Of a stretch of 64,000 bases of DNA, positions 45,998-58,445 are shown piece after piece. Below the pieces are notes generated by a model. That model made no database searches and was not told the DNA's origin. It saw only the letters and a list, made by a program, of their open reading frames with translations. Where the stretch lies: NCBI GenBank assembly GCA_025594325.1, contig JANHCV010000006.1, positions 1,240,001 to 1,304,000 on the forward strand, written 5' to 3'. This stretch comes from Blastocladiella emersonii ATCC 22665 (lineage: Eukaryota; Fungi; Blastocladiomycota). A program made the position numbers and the translations under genes. Each line of letters starts with the position of its first letter. Positions within the stretch are counted from its first letter, which is position 1.

Positions 45998-46922
45998 CGC
46001 GCGGTGGTGGTGATGGTGATCGAGCGGGTGGTGGTGGTGGTCGTGGTCGGTGGTGGTATGAATCAGCGAACCGCGCGTCGTCTATAGTCTATGGAGGCCG
46101 AGGAGGGCCGAGGTGCGTGGCGAAGCGGCCGCGAGCGAGCGAGCGAGGGGCGGTCGACAGTCTAGTATCACTCGGAGCAGCGCGCGCGGGAGAGCGAGAA
46201 CGGGCAGCAGGGCGACGGCTACGCTTGGGGCCCGGCGGCCATGGCGCGATCGCCGCCTGACGCGTGCAGTGTGGCCATGTCGGCCGGCGACCACGGCATG
46301 CCGGAAGGTCGGCACAAGCGTTTCAGGCGCAGTGGCGGTGGCGGCAGGAAGGCCGAAACAGGGCGCTGTTCGCGGCAGCCAACCACCGCGAGCGCAATCT
46401 GCGGGCCGTGAATTGTCCGTGGATTCCGAAATGAAGGAGGGCGTCACCGAATCCGATGATTCTGGAGTGGCGGCGGCGATGCGGCCGCGTGGGCACGTTT
46501 TGTGAACGTCGCGCGGGCGGCGAGGATCGGTGGCTGCGGGCGCGCCGGCGTTGAGCGCGATATCCGACAAGCCGCCAGCGCGTCGAATTCGGAAGACTCA
46601 TTGCTTCGAGCTCGAGGAAGGTCATCGATGAGCGTGTTGCATGAGGTTAGAGGCGCGAGATCCGCGTCGCATTGCAGGAGTTGAGGGTCGGTGCTGCCGA
46701 GTGACGCCACCCGCGCTCGAGCGCGAGCAAGCGCGACGATCATGGCATCGTCTCCGGCAACACGTGTCTGTCTCGCACCGGTGAGAGACGCGTCGCGCTC
46801 CGCGTCCGCATTGCACAGGCCGCGACCTGTCAGATTAGGAAGGAGCGCGCACCTCGCGCAGGTCGAGCCACGATACAACGTTGACGACAACTCGATCCAG
46901 ACACCGCCAAACTCGCATCATC

Positions 46923-47837
46923 ATGCATCACCAACGTCGCGCCACCCTCATCCTGTGTCTCCTAGCCGCCTGCCTGCTCGCCGTGCACGCGAGCGAGGCT
47001 CAGCTCGAGATCACGGTCGACTCAGAGCTCGGCAGCCGCGGGTACGAGCAGGGTTACGTGGTCGAGATCGAGGGCAACGCGGGGTTCGGCGTCTTGGGCG
47101 TCGTCGTCGCGGCCGATGGCGAGCCGCTGTCGGCCGTGTGGCGGCCCGAGACCACGCCGTGCGCGGAGCCCGGGTGCACGCCGGCAATCCGCACGTTCGC
47201 GGCCTCGACGGTTCCGCCCAAGACGCGCCGGTTCACGATCGAGTCGGATCTCGCGGCCGAGGTGTTCAAGGGCCTGCTCCAGATCAAGTTCAACCCCGAC
47301 TTCCAAACGTGCGGCGGCGGGAACGCGAACGGGTTCTTTGTCCCGCTCGTCGGCGAGGGCGAGGTGCCGCTCGAGTCGACTGTTGCCGATGCAGCGCGTG
47401 TTTGCCAGGGCGCGGGCGGGGAGCTCGCGGCCGTCGACGTGGTGAACGTGCTCGAGGTCACTGACGGTGCGCTTCAGTGTTGCGTTTTCTGCTAACGTGT
47501 GGGTGCTCACCAGCTGCTCGTGTGCGTGTAGTCGCGACCAAGTGTGTCGGCGGGACCAAGCGCGTTCTGGTCGGTAGCTGGTCCGGTATCAACTACGGTC
47601 TCGGCGCGCTGGTCCTCACGACCCCAAGTGCTCGCGGCGTGGTACGCGTCTCGCTCTTCCCGTTCCTGACTGGTTCACTCACCCGCAACGCAATCTCTCT
47701 AGGCCGGGACGATCAGCAGTCCGCTCGGCGAGGCGCTTCCTGTCCTGTGCAAGCGCCGGGCGCCGCGCACCGAGACCGTCTACGGCACGCTCACTGCAAC
47801 TTCGACGGCGCGTCCCGTTGCAATGAGTCTCGCCTGA
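46923..47837 (+). CDS. Secreted protein with a C-terminal C-type-lectin-like domain; introns 47467-47531 and 47642-47702
   Basis: Signal peptide; ADAARVCQGAGGELAAV, then after splicing KCVGGTKRVLVGSWSG...ALVL...EALPVLCK. Both introns are GT-AG and keep frame to TGA at 47835. Confidence 0.65.
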
Positions 47838-48303
47838 GCGAGATCACAGCACAAACGGCGATCGATCGCCGCGCCGGCGTACCGACGCGACTGCCGCCAT
47901 GGGGGCGCAGTAGAGAACCTTATAGAGCAGCCATTAGAGAGCGATGCATAGAGTCCTGAGCGAAGCGAGACGAGTGGTGGCGCAGCAGCGCGGGGGAGAG
48001 ACATCGCGGAGACACATGGCCACGCGCGAGTCAGGTGATGGCTGGGCGACGCCGGCGAAGAGTTCTCAAGCGGAGTCCGGCCGCGAGACGCGACGCGTGT
48101 GCGCCACGCCGCTCGCCCTTCCTCCTCCTCCCCTCCTCGCGTCGGCCCGATCTCGCCGCTGCTGCTGCTGTGGCGCGTCGCACTTGTCGCACCTGCGCCC
48201 GCATCGCATTCCCGTCTCATCGCAACGCATCACACCTCGCCCGCGACGGCACCCCCCTCGATCGCCCCGAACGCGTCCCGCACTTCCTGACCGCCACGCC
48301 ACC

Positions 48304-51053
48304 ATGGTGCTCAAGCTCAAGGACTTCATCAAGCAGATCCGCGCGTGCAAGACGGCGGCGGACGAGCGTGCCGTGGTCGCCAAGGAGTCGGCGACGATCC
48401 GGACCATGTTCAAGGAGGAGAACCCGGACAGCCGCCACGCCAACGTGGCCAAGCTGCTGTACATCCACATGCTGGGGTACCCGGCGCATTTCGGGCAGAT
48501 GGAGTGCGTCAAGCTGGTCGCGTCGCCGCGGTTCGCCGACAAGCGGCTGGGCTACCTCGGCATCATGCTGCTGCTCGACGAGAACCAGGAGACGCTCACG
48601 CTCGTCACCAACTCGCTCAAGAACGACATGAACCACCCCAACATGTACGTCGTCGGCCTCGCCCTCTGCACCATGGGCAACATCTCGTCGGTCGAGATGG
48701 CCCGCGACCTGTGCCCCGAGATCGAGAAGCTGCTCGGCAGCTCCAACAGCTACATCCGCAAGAAGGTCCGTTCTTTCGTTCTTGCCGTGGAACCCGCCAC
48801 CACTCATTCCAGACCACGCGTGTAGGCCGCCCTCGCCGCCGTCCGCATCATCCGCAAGGTGCCCGACCTGGCGGAAAACTTCGAGGCCAAGTGCCGTTCG
48901 ATGCTGGGCGAGCGCAACCACGGCGCGCTGCTGACGGGCCTGACGCTGATCCACGAGATGGGCAAGCTGAGCGCCAAGTCGCTGGCCGAGAACCGCGCCA
49001 TGGTGCCGTCGCTGGTCAAGATCCTCAAGCAGCTGATCACGACGGGGTACTCGCCCGAGCACGACGTGGCGGGGATCACGGACCCGTTCCTGCAGGTCAA
49101 GCTGCTGCGCCTGCTGCGCATGCTCGGCAAGGGCGACGCGACCGCGTCCGAGCAGATGAACGACGTGCTCGCGCTCGTGGCCACCAACACGGATGGGTCC
49201 AAGAACGTCGGCAACGCGATCCTGTACGAGACGGTGCTCACGATCCTCGACATCCAGGCCGAGCCGACGCTGCGGGTCCTCGCCATCAACATCCTCGGCA
49301 AGTTCTTGGGGAACAAGGACAACAACATCCGGTACGTGGCGCTGCAGACGCTCAACAAGACCATCGCCCTCGACAACCAGGCGGTGCAGCGCCACCGCAC
49401 CACGGTCCTCGAGTGCCTGCACGACGTGGACATTTCGATCCGGCGCCGCGCCCTCGAGCTGTCGTTTGCGCTCGTCAATGCGGCCAACGTGCGCGTCATG
49501 ACCCGCGACCTGCTCAGCTTCCTCGAGATGGCCGACGCCGAGTTCCGCGCGTCCATGGTCGTCGACCTGTGCGCGGTCGCCGACCGGTTCGCGCCCAACA
49601 AGCGGTGGCACCTCGACACCATGATCCGCGTCATGAAGCTCGGCGGCGCCCACGTCCGCGACGACATTGTCGCGCAGTTTGTCCGCCTCATCACCAACGC
49701 GCCCGACCTCCAGGGATACGCCACCCACAAGCTGTACGCGCTGCTCCGCCAGGACGCGTCGCAGGAGGGCCTCGTCCACGCGGGCGTCTGGTGCATGGGC
49801 GAGTTTGGCGACGCCCTGATCCAGCCCGCGCCCGCCGGGCTGGCCGTCGGCGACGCCGAGGACGCCGCGGACGAGGAGTCGTCGGCCGCGCTCGGCGCCG
49901 GGCTCGTCGGTGCGGGCGCGGGCGCCGCGCCGTCCGAGTCGGACGTGGTCGCGCTCCACGCGTCGATCCTCGACGGCGCCTACGTGACGCCCGTGACGCG
50001 CCAGTACGTGCTCGTGTCGCTCATGAAGCTGTCGACCAAGTTCCGCACCGACGCGGCGACCGCGAGGATCCGCGCCATGCTCGACAAGTACCGCACCGCC
50101 ATGAACGTCGAGCTCCAGCAGCGCGCCGTCGAGTTCACCCACATGTTCGCCCTCCCGACCGATACCCGCGTCGGGCTCTGGGAGCGCATGCCCGTCCCCG
50201 AGCTCAAGGAGGACCGGTACGCGAGTAACGCTGCGGCTGCTGCTGGTACGGCCACTTTTTTTCGTGGGATTGTGGGTGCGGCGACTGACTGATCCTCGAC
50301 CGTGTAGTCGCGGCCGAGCCTGGCACCGCCCCTACGGCCCCGGCAGCGGGCACCAGCAACGTGGTGTCGGCGCTCCTCGACCTCGAGGGCCTGTACATCA
50401 ACTCGGCGCCCGGCCAGGGCGCGACGGCGGCGGCGGCGGCTCCCGCTGCGGCGAGCAACCCGCTGGCGGACCTCCTCGGCGGTCTCGGCGGTTCGGCCGC
50501 CCCCGCTGCTCCCGCTGCCGCGGCGGCGGCCCCGCAGGACCCGCTCGCGATGCTCATGGGTCTCGGCGGCGGTCTCGGCGGCGCTCCCGCGGCGGCCCCG
50601 GCTCCCGCGTCGAACCCGCTCGGCGACCTCCTGGGCGGCGGGTCCTCGTCGCCCACGGCGTCCCCGCTGGCCGGCCTCGGCGCCACCGCCGGCGGGTGGG
50701 ACCGCCCGTACCCGGCGTACAAGTCGGGCGACCTGTCGGTGACGCTGGTGCCGACGCAGGTGAACGATCCGTCGGCGGGCGCCCTTGTGCAGGTCGTTGC
50801 GACGCTGGCCAATATCGGCACCGCGCCCATCTCGGACACGCAGCTGCTCGTGGCGGTGCCCAAGACGCACCGGGTCGCGCTCGCGCCCATTTCTTCGTCG
50901 TCGATCCCCGTCGGCGGCACCGCCACGCAGGCGTTCCGGATCCTCAACCCGGAGCGCAAGCAGATCAAGCTCCGGCTCAAGATCGTTTACAGCGCCGGCG
51001 GGCGCGGCGTGGATGAGGTCGCGGCGTTCGAGTTCCCGGCGTCGGTGCTGTGA
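48304..51053 (+). CDS. APL4: AP-1 complex gamma-adaptin; introns 48766-48825 and 50246-50307
   Basis: [22 protein letters not shown]...[19 protein letters not shown]; [10 protein letters not shown]; [19 protein letters not shown]; ELQQRAVEF; hinge; ear domain TQAFRILNP...LRLKIVY. Confidence 0.96.
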
Positions 51054-51172
51054 TCGGAGGGGTTGAGGTTGTTTATTGTTGACTTGCAGTGCAGAGAAGA
51101 AGAATGAAGTGACCATGTTTCACGCGCATCGCCAGGTCGCTCTCTACTACAACAACTTGAATGAACACTGGA

Positions 51173-51931
51173 ATGAATCTCGCGCGCGACTTGGTGCAAT
51201 CGGCGCGGACTGCGGCGCCAAGGCGGTCGCTCGCGGCGGCCGGTGTGCGCGCCAAGGGGACCTACGCCGGCGAGGGTGTACGTCGCCGTCGTGGGTGTCG
51301 ACCCTCAACCGCCACACGCCGCTCACCTTGACAAGTGTAGCCGGCGCCCGCGCGGCCCGTCGACGCGACCGAGGTCTCCCTGCGACAGGTGATGCGGCAC
51401 CAGGCGTTCCCCGTATGCGTCGTCGGCAGCGCGATCCCTCCGGCGTACGCCAACCCGCACGCGCCCGGCCCGCTCCCCGCATGGGCTTCCGGGTTGGACG
51501 CCGACGGCGCGTGGCCGCGGCACCGCATGGCGACGCTGTCGAGCTTCACGTCGGTCTCGCTGTCGCCGCCGATCGTCAGCTTCGCGCTGCGGCACCCGTC
51601 GCGCATGGGCGACGTGATCGCGCACCGCGGTGACCGGCGGTTCCTGGTGCACCTGCTGGCGGCGGACCAGGCGGGCGTGTCGCAGCGGTTCGCGGACCCG
51701 CGGACGCAGACGGAAGTTGGGGGAGATGTGCAGTACTGGCTCCACGGCGAGATGCCTGTCCTCAAGGGGTGTCTTGCGGTGCTCGAGTGTGTTGCGGAGA
51801 AGGGGACGCCCGTCGAGGTCGGCGACCACACGGTCTGGTTCGGGCGCGTGGTGCGGGTGCTCGAGGTGGATAAGGAGAAGAAGCCGCTGCTGTACGTCGA
51901 CCGCAAGTACACGACGGTGGAGGAGGCGTGA
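51173..51931 (+). CDS. Flavin reductase-like FMN-binding protein, probably mitochondrial; intron 51278-51340
   Basis: Presequence-like exon 1; LRQVMRHQAFPVCVV, TLSSFTSVSLSPPIVSF, PVLKGCLAVLEC, VGDHTVWFGRV, PLLYVDRKY. Confidence 0.88.
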
Positions 51932-52645
51932 GAGATATACACCAACTGTCGATTGCACTGCACTGGTGGGAACGCGGAGCACGCGATCGGTCGGCGCGAT
52001 TACGCGCTGGTCATCAGCCAGGCAGGAATTCATTAGGCGCGCGGACGACGGCCACGGCGACGGCGACGGCGACGCCTTAGTCAGTCGCTGCCGGTGACGC
52101 GACGCGCGCGCGGCACGGGGGTGGCACTTGCGCGCGTGTCGTCCGCCGGAGGGGAGGGGAGGGAGACGCGCAGCAGCCGGCGCGGCCGCATCGGTCGTCG
52201 GCGGCATCCCGCGCGCCGCTCTCGCTCCCGCCGCTCTCCCATCGCTTCCCTTCCCTGCCCACCCACCGTCCTGCCATTCCAGCAGTGGCGCCCGTCCGCC
52301 CCCACCCATCCCGCCCACGTAAACGCAACGTATCAGCAGCAGCGAGTCATTCGCCCCCTCCATAAAACGCGCTCGCCATCGCGTCACGCCCGCTTCGTCA
52401 CGCCGCTGCACACGCCCGCGCGCCCTCCCACGCCCGCGACTTGCTGCATTCGCCCCTCGGGCATCCCGCCGGCCCCGCGCGCGTCATTGCGCGCCCAATT
52501 CGCGCCGCTGTCCGCGTCCTCGAACGACGCGTGCGTGCGTGGCTCATCCTCCCGCCGTCCGTGACGCGTCAAGGCTCGCGTTCCGCCACCTCGCTCTCCA
52601 CCACCGGCCCGCCCACCCGCACTCCGAACCCGTCACACACACGAC

Positions 52646-55600
52646 ATGTCCAGCCCATCAAGCAGAGGGCCCAGGCCCGACGCGGGCCCGCCACCACCAC
52701 CGCCCGCACCGCCCGCGCAGCAGCGCGCGGCAACGGTCGGCCCAGGCGCGGCGACCGCGACCGCGGGCCCGTACCCGCCCAACGTCCCAACACACGATGC
52801 GCTCCCCGTTCCGCGCCCGCCCGCCGCCGCGCCGCACCCGCTCCCGCCGCTCGTCCTGCTCGGCGAGTACACGGTGTGCGAGGAGATTGGCCGCGGGTCG
52901 TTTGCGACCGTGTACCGCGGCGTCGCCGCCACGGCGCCGCACGCCAACGTCGCCGTCAAGGCCATCCCGCTCGCCAAGCTCACGCGCAAGCTCATGGCCA
53001 ACCTCAACTCGGAAATCGATATCCTGCGCGCCATGGCCAAGCTGCGCCACCCGCATATCGTCAACCTGATCGCCTGGGAGCGGCGCGACGCCGACGCGGT
53101 CCTGGCGGCGGCTGCGGGGACAGCGGCGGTGCCGGGTACTGCCGCGTCGGCGCCGTCCGGGATCGCCGTCCCCGAACGCCCGCGCGCCGTCTACCTCATC
53201 ATGGACTGGTGCGCGTGGGGCGACCTGTCCCAGTTCCTCCGCAAGAAGACCAAGCGGTCCGCCGGCCCGCCCGTCACCCGCGGCGCCCTCCTCCAGCTCG
53301 CCGCCCGCATCTGCGCCCGGCCTGGCCAGCCCGTCGCCGCCGACGCGCTCCCGCTCGCCGGCGAGTGGGGCGGCCTCCACCATACCTACGTCATGTACCT
53401 CCTCGGCCAGCTTGGTACGCTCTTTCGTTCATTCCGTGTCGTGGCAGCCGCTGACGCGTTCCCGCCAATTAGTGAGCGCGCTCGACTTCCTCCGCGCCCA
53501 CTCGCTCATGCACCGTGACCTCAAGCCACAGAACCTGCTCCTGCACCCGCCTACTACGCCCGGCGCCATGCACTCCGGCGCGTCGCCGCTGTTCCCCGCC
53601 GCCAACGTCCCCGGCAACTCGCGCTTCGCCCACCTCTTCCCGCCATCGTCCTCCTCCCCCGACGCGGCCGGCGGCGGCGGCGGCGTGCTCGGCGACCTGT
53701 CGAACCCGGCCCTCGCCATGGCCATCCTGCCGCGGCTCCCCGAGCTCAAGCTCGCCGACTTTGGCTTCGCCCGGTACCTGCCCACCCCGACCTCCCTCGC
53801 CGAAACCCTGTGCGGGTCGCCCCTGTACATGGCGCCCGAGATCTTGCGCTACGAAAAGTACGACACCCGCGCCGACCTGTGGTCCGTCGGCGCCATCCTC
53901 TACGAGCTCCTCTTCGGCCGCGTACCCTTCCGCGCACAGAACCACATCGAGCTGCTGCGCAAAATCGAAAAGTACAAGGACCGTATCCGGATCCCGCAGC
54001 GCGCGCTCGCGCCGGGGTCGAGTAGCAGTACTGCGGTTCCGGCGGGGGTGGGGGCGGCGAGTATACCTACGCCGCCCGGCGCTGGTGGGGCGCGGACTGC
54101 GCCGGTCCCGATCGGCGGCGCGTCGTCGCGGCCGGCGTCGACGGTCGCGGGCGGCGGTGGAGCCGGTGGGAGTAGCGCGCCCGTCGTCGGCGGCCACGCG
54201 CACTCGGCGCCCTCGGCGCTCCGCATCGTGCCCGGCACCGGCTCGAGCCCCGTCCACGCCGCGCTCCTGTCGCCCACCAGCGAGGGCCTGCGGCTCGCCG
54301 CCATGGCCACGCCCGCCGGCACCGTCATGGCGACCAACCCGGCCACGGGCTCCCACGCTGCCGCCGCCTCGAGTCACCCGCTCGCAACGGTGTCAACCGA
54401 AGACGCCGACGCGATGCTCCCGCTGTACCTCGCCGAGGACGAGCACGACCTGATCTGCCGCCTGCTCAAGCAGCAGCCCGCGCAGCGCATGACCCTCGAC
54501 GATTTCTTCCGCCACCCGGTCGTCGTCGAGGCCCGCGCGCTCTCGGACGCGGTCGCCAAGTGGCGCAAGGGCGCGTACGTCGACTCGCCCGCCACCGCCG
54601 CGGCGGCTGCACCTGTCCAGGCGCCCGCCGACCGCGAGGCCGCCAGCCAGCGTGTCGTCGAGCAGGTCCGCCGCGCGCTGCCCATGGCCGTCGTCCAACA
54701 AGGTCAGCATCCGTCGGCGTCCGCGCCGCCCGCACACGCGGCGGCGCCGATCCCGATCGCGTCGGCGGGCACCCGCCACGCGCCGTCGTCCCGCGCGAAC
54801 CACCGCAGCGGTGGTGCTGCCGCGTCGAACGCCGCGTACCGCGACCACTCGGTCTCCCCGTCGCCGCCCGACACGCACGTCGGCCGGCCCATCTCGATGC
54901 CGAACCAGTCGTGGGCCAACCCGGCCGCCGCGGCGCACGCGCAGCGCCCGCGCAAGTCGAGCGGCAGCGGGAACGGGTCGGTCGTCCTCCCGCGCCAGCC
55001 GAGCATCCCCGAGATGCCCCTCGCGGGCTCACCGACGGCGGGCACGAGTCCGCGGTCAGCAATGGCGGGCCCGCTCGCCGCGCCACCGCCGCCCGCGTCC
55101 CCGCCTGCGCCCGCGCGCCGCCACCCGGCGGTCTCGGACGAAAGCTCGGCGACGCCGCGCGAGCAGCCGCTCCGCAAGACGCCGTCGGTCGGCCAGATGA
55201 TCCTGCAGCGCAAGTCCCTCGCGTCGTCGTCCTCGGGGTCGCCGCCTGGTTCGGCGGCGCCGGTGCCGGTCGCTACCGCGCCGCCCACCAGCATGCTCAC
55301 GGCCTTGATCAGCACCATCGACCGCGACTACATCCTCATCGACAAGGAGGCGGTCGAGGTCAACGTGCTCGCTGACCACCGCGCGTTTCCGCCACATGCG
55401 CGGCCTGCGTCGACGCCGCCATCGTCGAGTGGTGGGGGTGGGAGTGCGGCGCGTCGGACCTCGGCCGCGTCGCCATCGCCGAGCATTGGCTCGAACTCTG
55501 CGGCAGCCGCAGCGGCGGCCGCGGCGAACCCGCGCCGGTCCAGCTTCTCCCTGTTCGGCCTCGTCGGCAAGATCATCACCACGACCGCGTCGGCGATCCA

Positions 55601-56831
55601 GAGCGGCGCCAGCGCGGCGACGGGCGGCGGCGGCAGCAGTAGCAGTGCCGGCGGGTCCGGGTCGTCGCCCGGGTCCTCGGTCGGGTCCCTCGGCCGCACG
55701 CGCGGGCATTCTGGGTCCGGCGTCGTCGAGAGTCTCCAGCAGCAGCACCTCCTCGCCCAGCAGCAGCAGCAGCAGCAGCAGGTTTCGGCGGCGGGGACCG
55801 GGTGGGTCGGGATCCACTCGGGCTCGGCGCCGCGCGCCATCGACGCACCCGCCCCAGCACAGCCACAACCGCAGCAGTCGGACGAGGACCCGCGCGTGCC
55901 GACCTTCACGCCGCCGCGCACCGCCGACCCGCAGATCATTGGTCTCGTGGCGCAGTTCGAAGCATACGCGCGCAAGGCGTGGGCGCTCGCGACGCTGACA
56001 CAGACGCGGCTCCCGGCCTTCATCCGCGGGCGCACCGCCGATCACGACCGCGCGCTGCTCGACGAGGCCGCGCGCACCGCCGACGAGATCGTCGGCATCT
56101 CGAACATGGCGCTCGCGATCCTCGCCGCCGCCATGGACCGCGTCAAGGTGTTTCTCGCGGCGGCCGGGCTCGAGGGCGCGATCGACGGCGTCGACGCGGT
56201 CGCCACCGCGTACCAGTCGCACTCCCAGTCGTCGAGCTCGAAGGGGGGAGACGGCGGGTTCACGCCGCCGCCGTCGCGGCCAATCGGCCCGCCACCCGCG
56301 GCGCCCTCGATCCCCGCCCACGAGGTCCGCCATTTGGCGGCGGTCGTCGAGTACATCCGCAAGCTGTTCAACCGCGTCCTCGAGCAGGCCGAGAACGTGC
56401 AGGCCGGCCGGCCGCGGTGCGCGCGCGCCGGGCTCGGCGAGCCCGCCGAGGCACTCGTGTACCGCGAGGCGCGCGCGCTCGTCCAGCACGCCTTCGACCA
56501 GGCCGCCGGCCAGGAGCACCACGAGCGCGACCGCGTCTACGCCCTGCAGAAGGCGCTGTTCCTGTTCGAGGCGCTGCTCCTGCACGAGGACGCGGCGGCG
56601 GCAGCGGCGGGCGATGGTGGTGGTGGGGAGGGGGCAGGCCGGCTCGCGGAAGAGGACGTGGTCACGGTCACCATGTACGTCAGCGAGATCAGCAACCAGC
56701 TCGTCGCGTACGAGGAGCACGTCCATGGCCAGCTGCTCCACCAGATGCAGAAGCTGCACCTTGGGCCAGGAGGAGCAGCAGCAGCAGGAGGAGGAGGGGT
56801 GGCGGCGGCGGCGGCTGTCCCGCCATCGTGA
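52646..56831 (+). CDS. ATG1: Autophagy Ser/Thr kinase Atg1/ULK; intron 53415-53472
   Basis: [57 protein letters not shown]; C-terminal [19 protein letters not shown] start of the tMIT region. Confidence 0.93.
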
Positions 56832-57007
56832 TCGCCCAAGGGGAAACCCGGGCTCTTATCATTATTTTCTGACCGGTTTCGTTCGTTCGTTCGACGCACA
56901 CGCAAATGCAAAGGTTCAATCAATATAAGCACCACATCCGTTCTGTTCCATGCCACTTGGCTCCGTTCACCTTGAGCGCGATGGCCACGGCCGCCGCGCC
57001 GCGACGC

Positions 57008-58022
57008 TCAACAGCATCGAAGCATGGCCAGCAACACGTCGAGGGTGAATGCCACCACCGCGGCCACGACGTGCGTCCCCGTCAGCATGTTGGCCGTCAG
57101 TGCGTCCGACTTGGCCTCGACGACCTGCTCGAGCGTCGGCCACACGTCGTGCGCGGCCGAGACGCCGAGCGGGATCAGGAACGGCGCAAAGAACAGGATC
57201 AGCATGTCGAGCGGTTTCACCTTCCGGTACCACACGGTGCGGACGACGATGAAGGGGAAAATCGCGATGAAGACCGAGTTGACGGCGATCAGCAGGTTCC
57301 GGTTCGACCGCGAGCTGCTCCATTCGGCGTCGGGGAGTTGCAGCATCGTCACGACGGCGAGCGAGATCATGAGCGGGAGGAGCGCGAGGAAGGCGATGGC
57401 GGAGATGCCGAAGAGCAGCCATTCGAGTGCGGTGGGTGAGTTGGTGTTGGTGCTGGGCCGAGGCTGGATCAGGCCTTCTTCGTCCGAGCTGGGCTCTACA
57501 CGAGGGCAGTAGTTTGGATGAGCCGGCGGCGATGGCCGCGGCCATGGCCATGGGCAGAACTCAATGGGACAGCGCACTCGCAGACTTGGCTGGCGCGTCA
57601 AACAGCTTGTAGATGACGACGAGGAAAAAGTTATGCACCGAATTCGTGACCAGCACCAGAACGTGCATCAGCGCAGGCTCGCCGAGCGGCGTCGGGTTCT
57701 TGGGCACCTCGACGCCGAACAGCCACCCAATCTTGGCCACCTCCATGAGCAGCGAGACCAGCACAAACAGGACGTAGAACCGGCCCTGCGGCCGCTCGTG
57801 CCGGTTGAAGCAGCAGCAGCAGCAGTACCGCCGGACCGCCGGCAGCATGAAGCACGCGCCGACCTGCAGCGCGCCGAAGACCAGCGGGAACAGCGCGCCC
57901 GGCCAACCGAGGACCAGCGGGTACGCCCGCAGCTTCGCGAGGATCGGGTCCGTCCCGTTCGGGTGCGCGAGGACCGAGGTCAGGTTCAGGTGTTGCGCGA
58001 GATAAGGTGCATGGGGTTCCAT
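57008..58022 (-). CDS. Orphan multi-pass (7 predicted TM) membrane protein; intron 57496-57577
   Basis: ORFs 57561-58022 and 57008-57601 join in frame through an 82-nt GTGCGC...TGTAG intron. About seven hydrophobic segments; N-terminal sequons NLT and NGT; CCCCC after TM1 and RCC at the C-terminus. Confidence 0.72.
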
Positions 58023-58321
58023 TGTGTGGCGGCGCTTAGGCGGCCGGATGCATGGGCAGGCAGGTAACGAAGGAGGAAGGAGGGAACGAGCGGGCCGAAG
58101 CCCAAAAGCTTATCTGGGAAGGCCGGGTGTGGCGCCGCGGGCACTGGATCGAGTGCCCTGGATTTGAAACGGCCCTCATGTGACCTGTGACCGACGCGTC
58201 GATTGCCTGACTTCGGTTAAGGCCAGCGCCCAACGCGAGGCCCAGGATTTCGCCCAATCGTTGTGGGAGAAGGTCATCTGAGAGTCATTCCTGCGGGAAA
58301 GCGAGGCTCACCCAGCAGAAA

Positions 58322-58361
58322 ACGCGTCTCACACGCCTCATGTGAGATTGCGACGCGTCGC
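58322..58361. promoter_or_regulatory. ACGCGT boxes (acgcgtctc and the palindrome gcgacgcgtcgc) in the bidirectional promoter of the two 7TM genes
   Basis: Seen at 58322-58330 and 58350-58361, with another gacgcgtc near 58194. Function inferred. Confidence 0.3.
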
Positions 58362-58445
58362 TTGATCCGAGACCCATACTTTTACGATGGAACACCCATG
58401 TGCACCAATGAAAAAAAGTCATGAACGACTTGCTGCATTGAATCC

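Noticed and set aside
57008-57060. TM7 TLDVLLAM of the orphan 7TM resembles the microbial rhodopsin LDVxAK motif
   Set aside because: No Schiff-base Lys in TM7 and no RYxDWxxTxP in TM3, so it is not supportable as an opsin.
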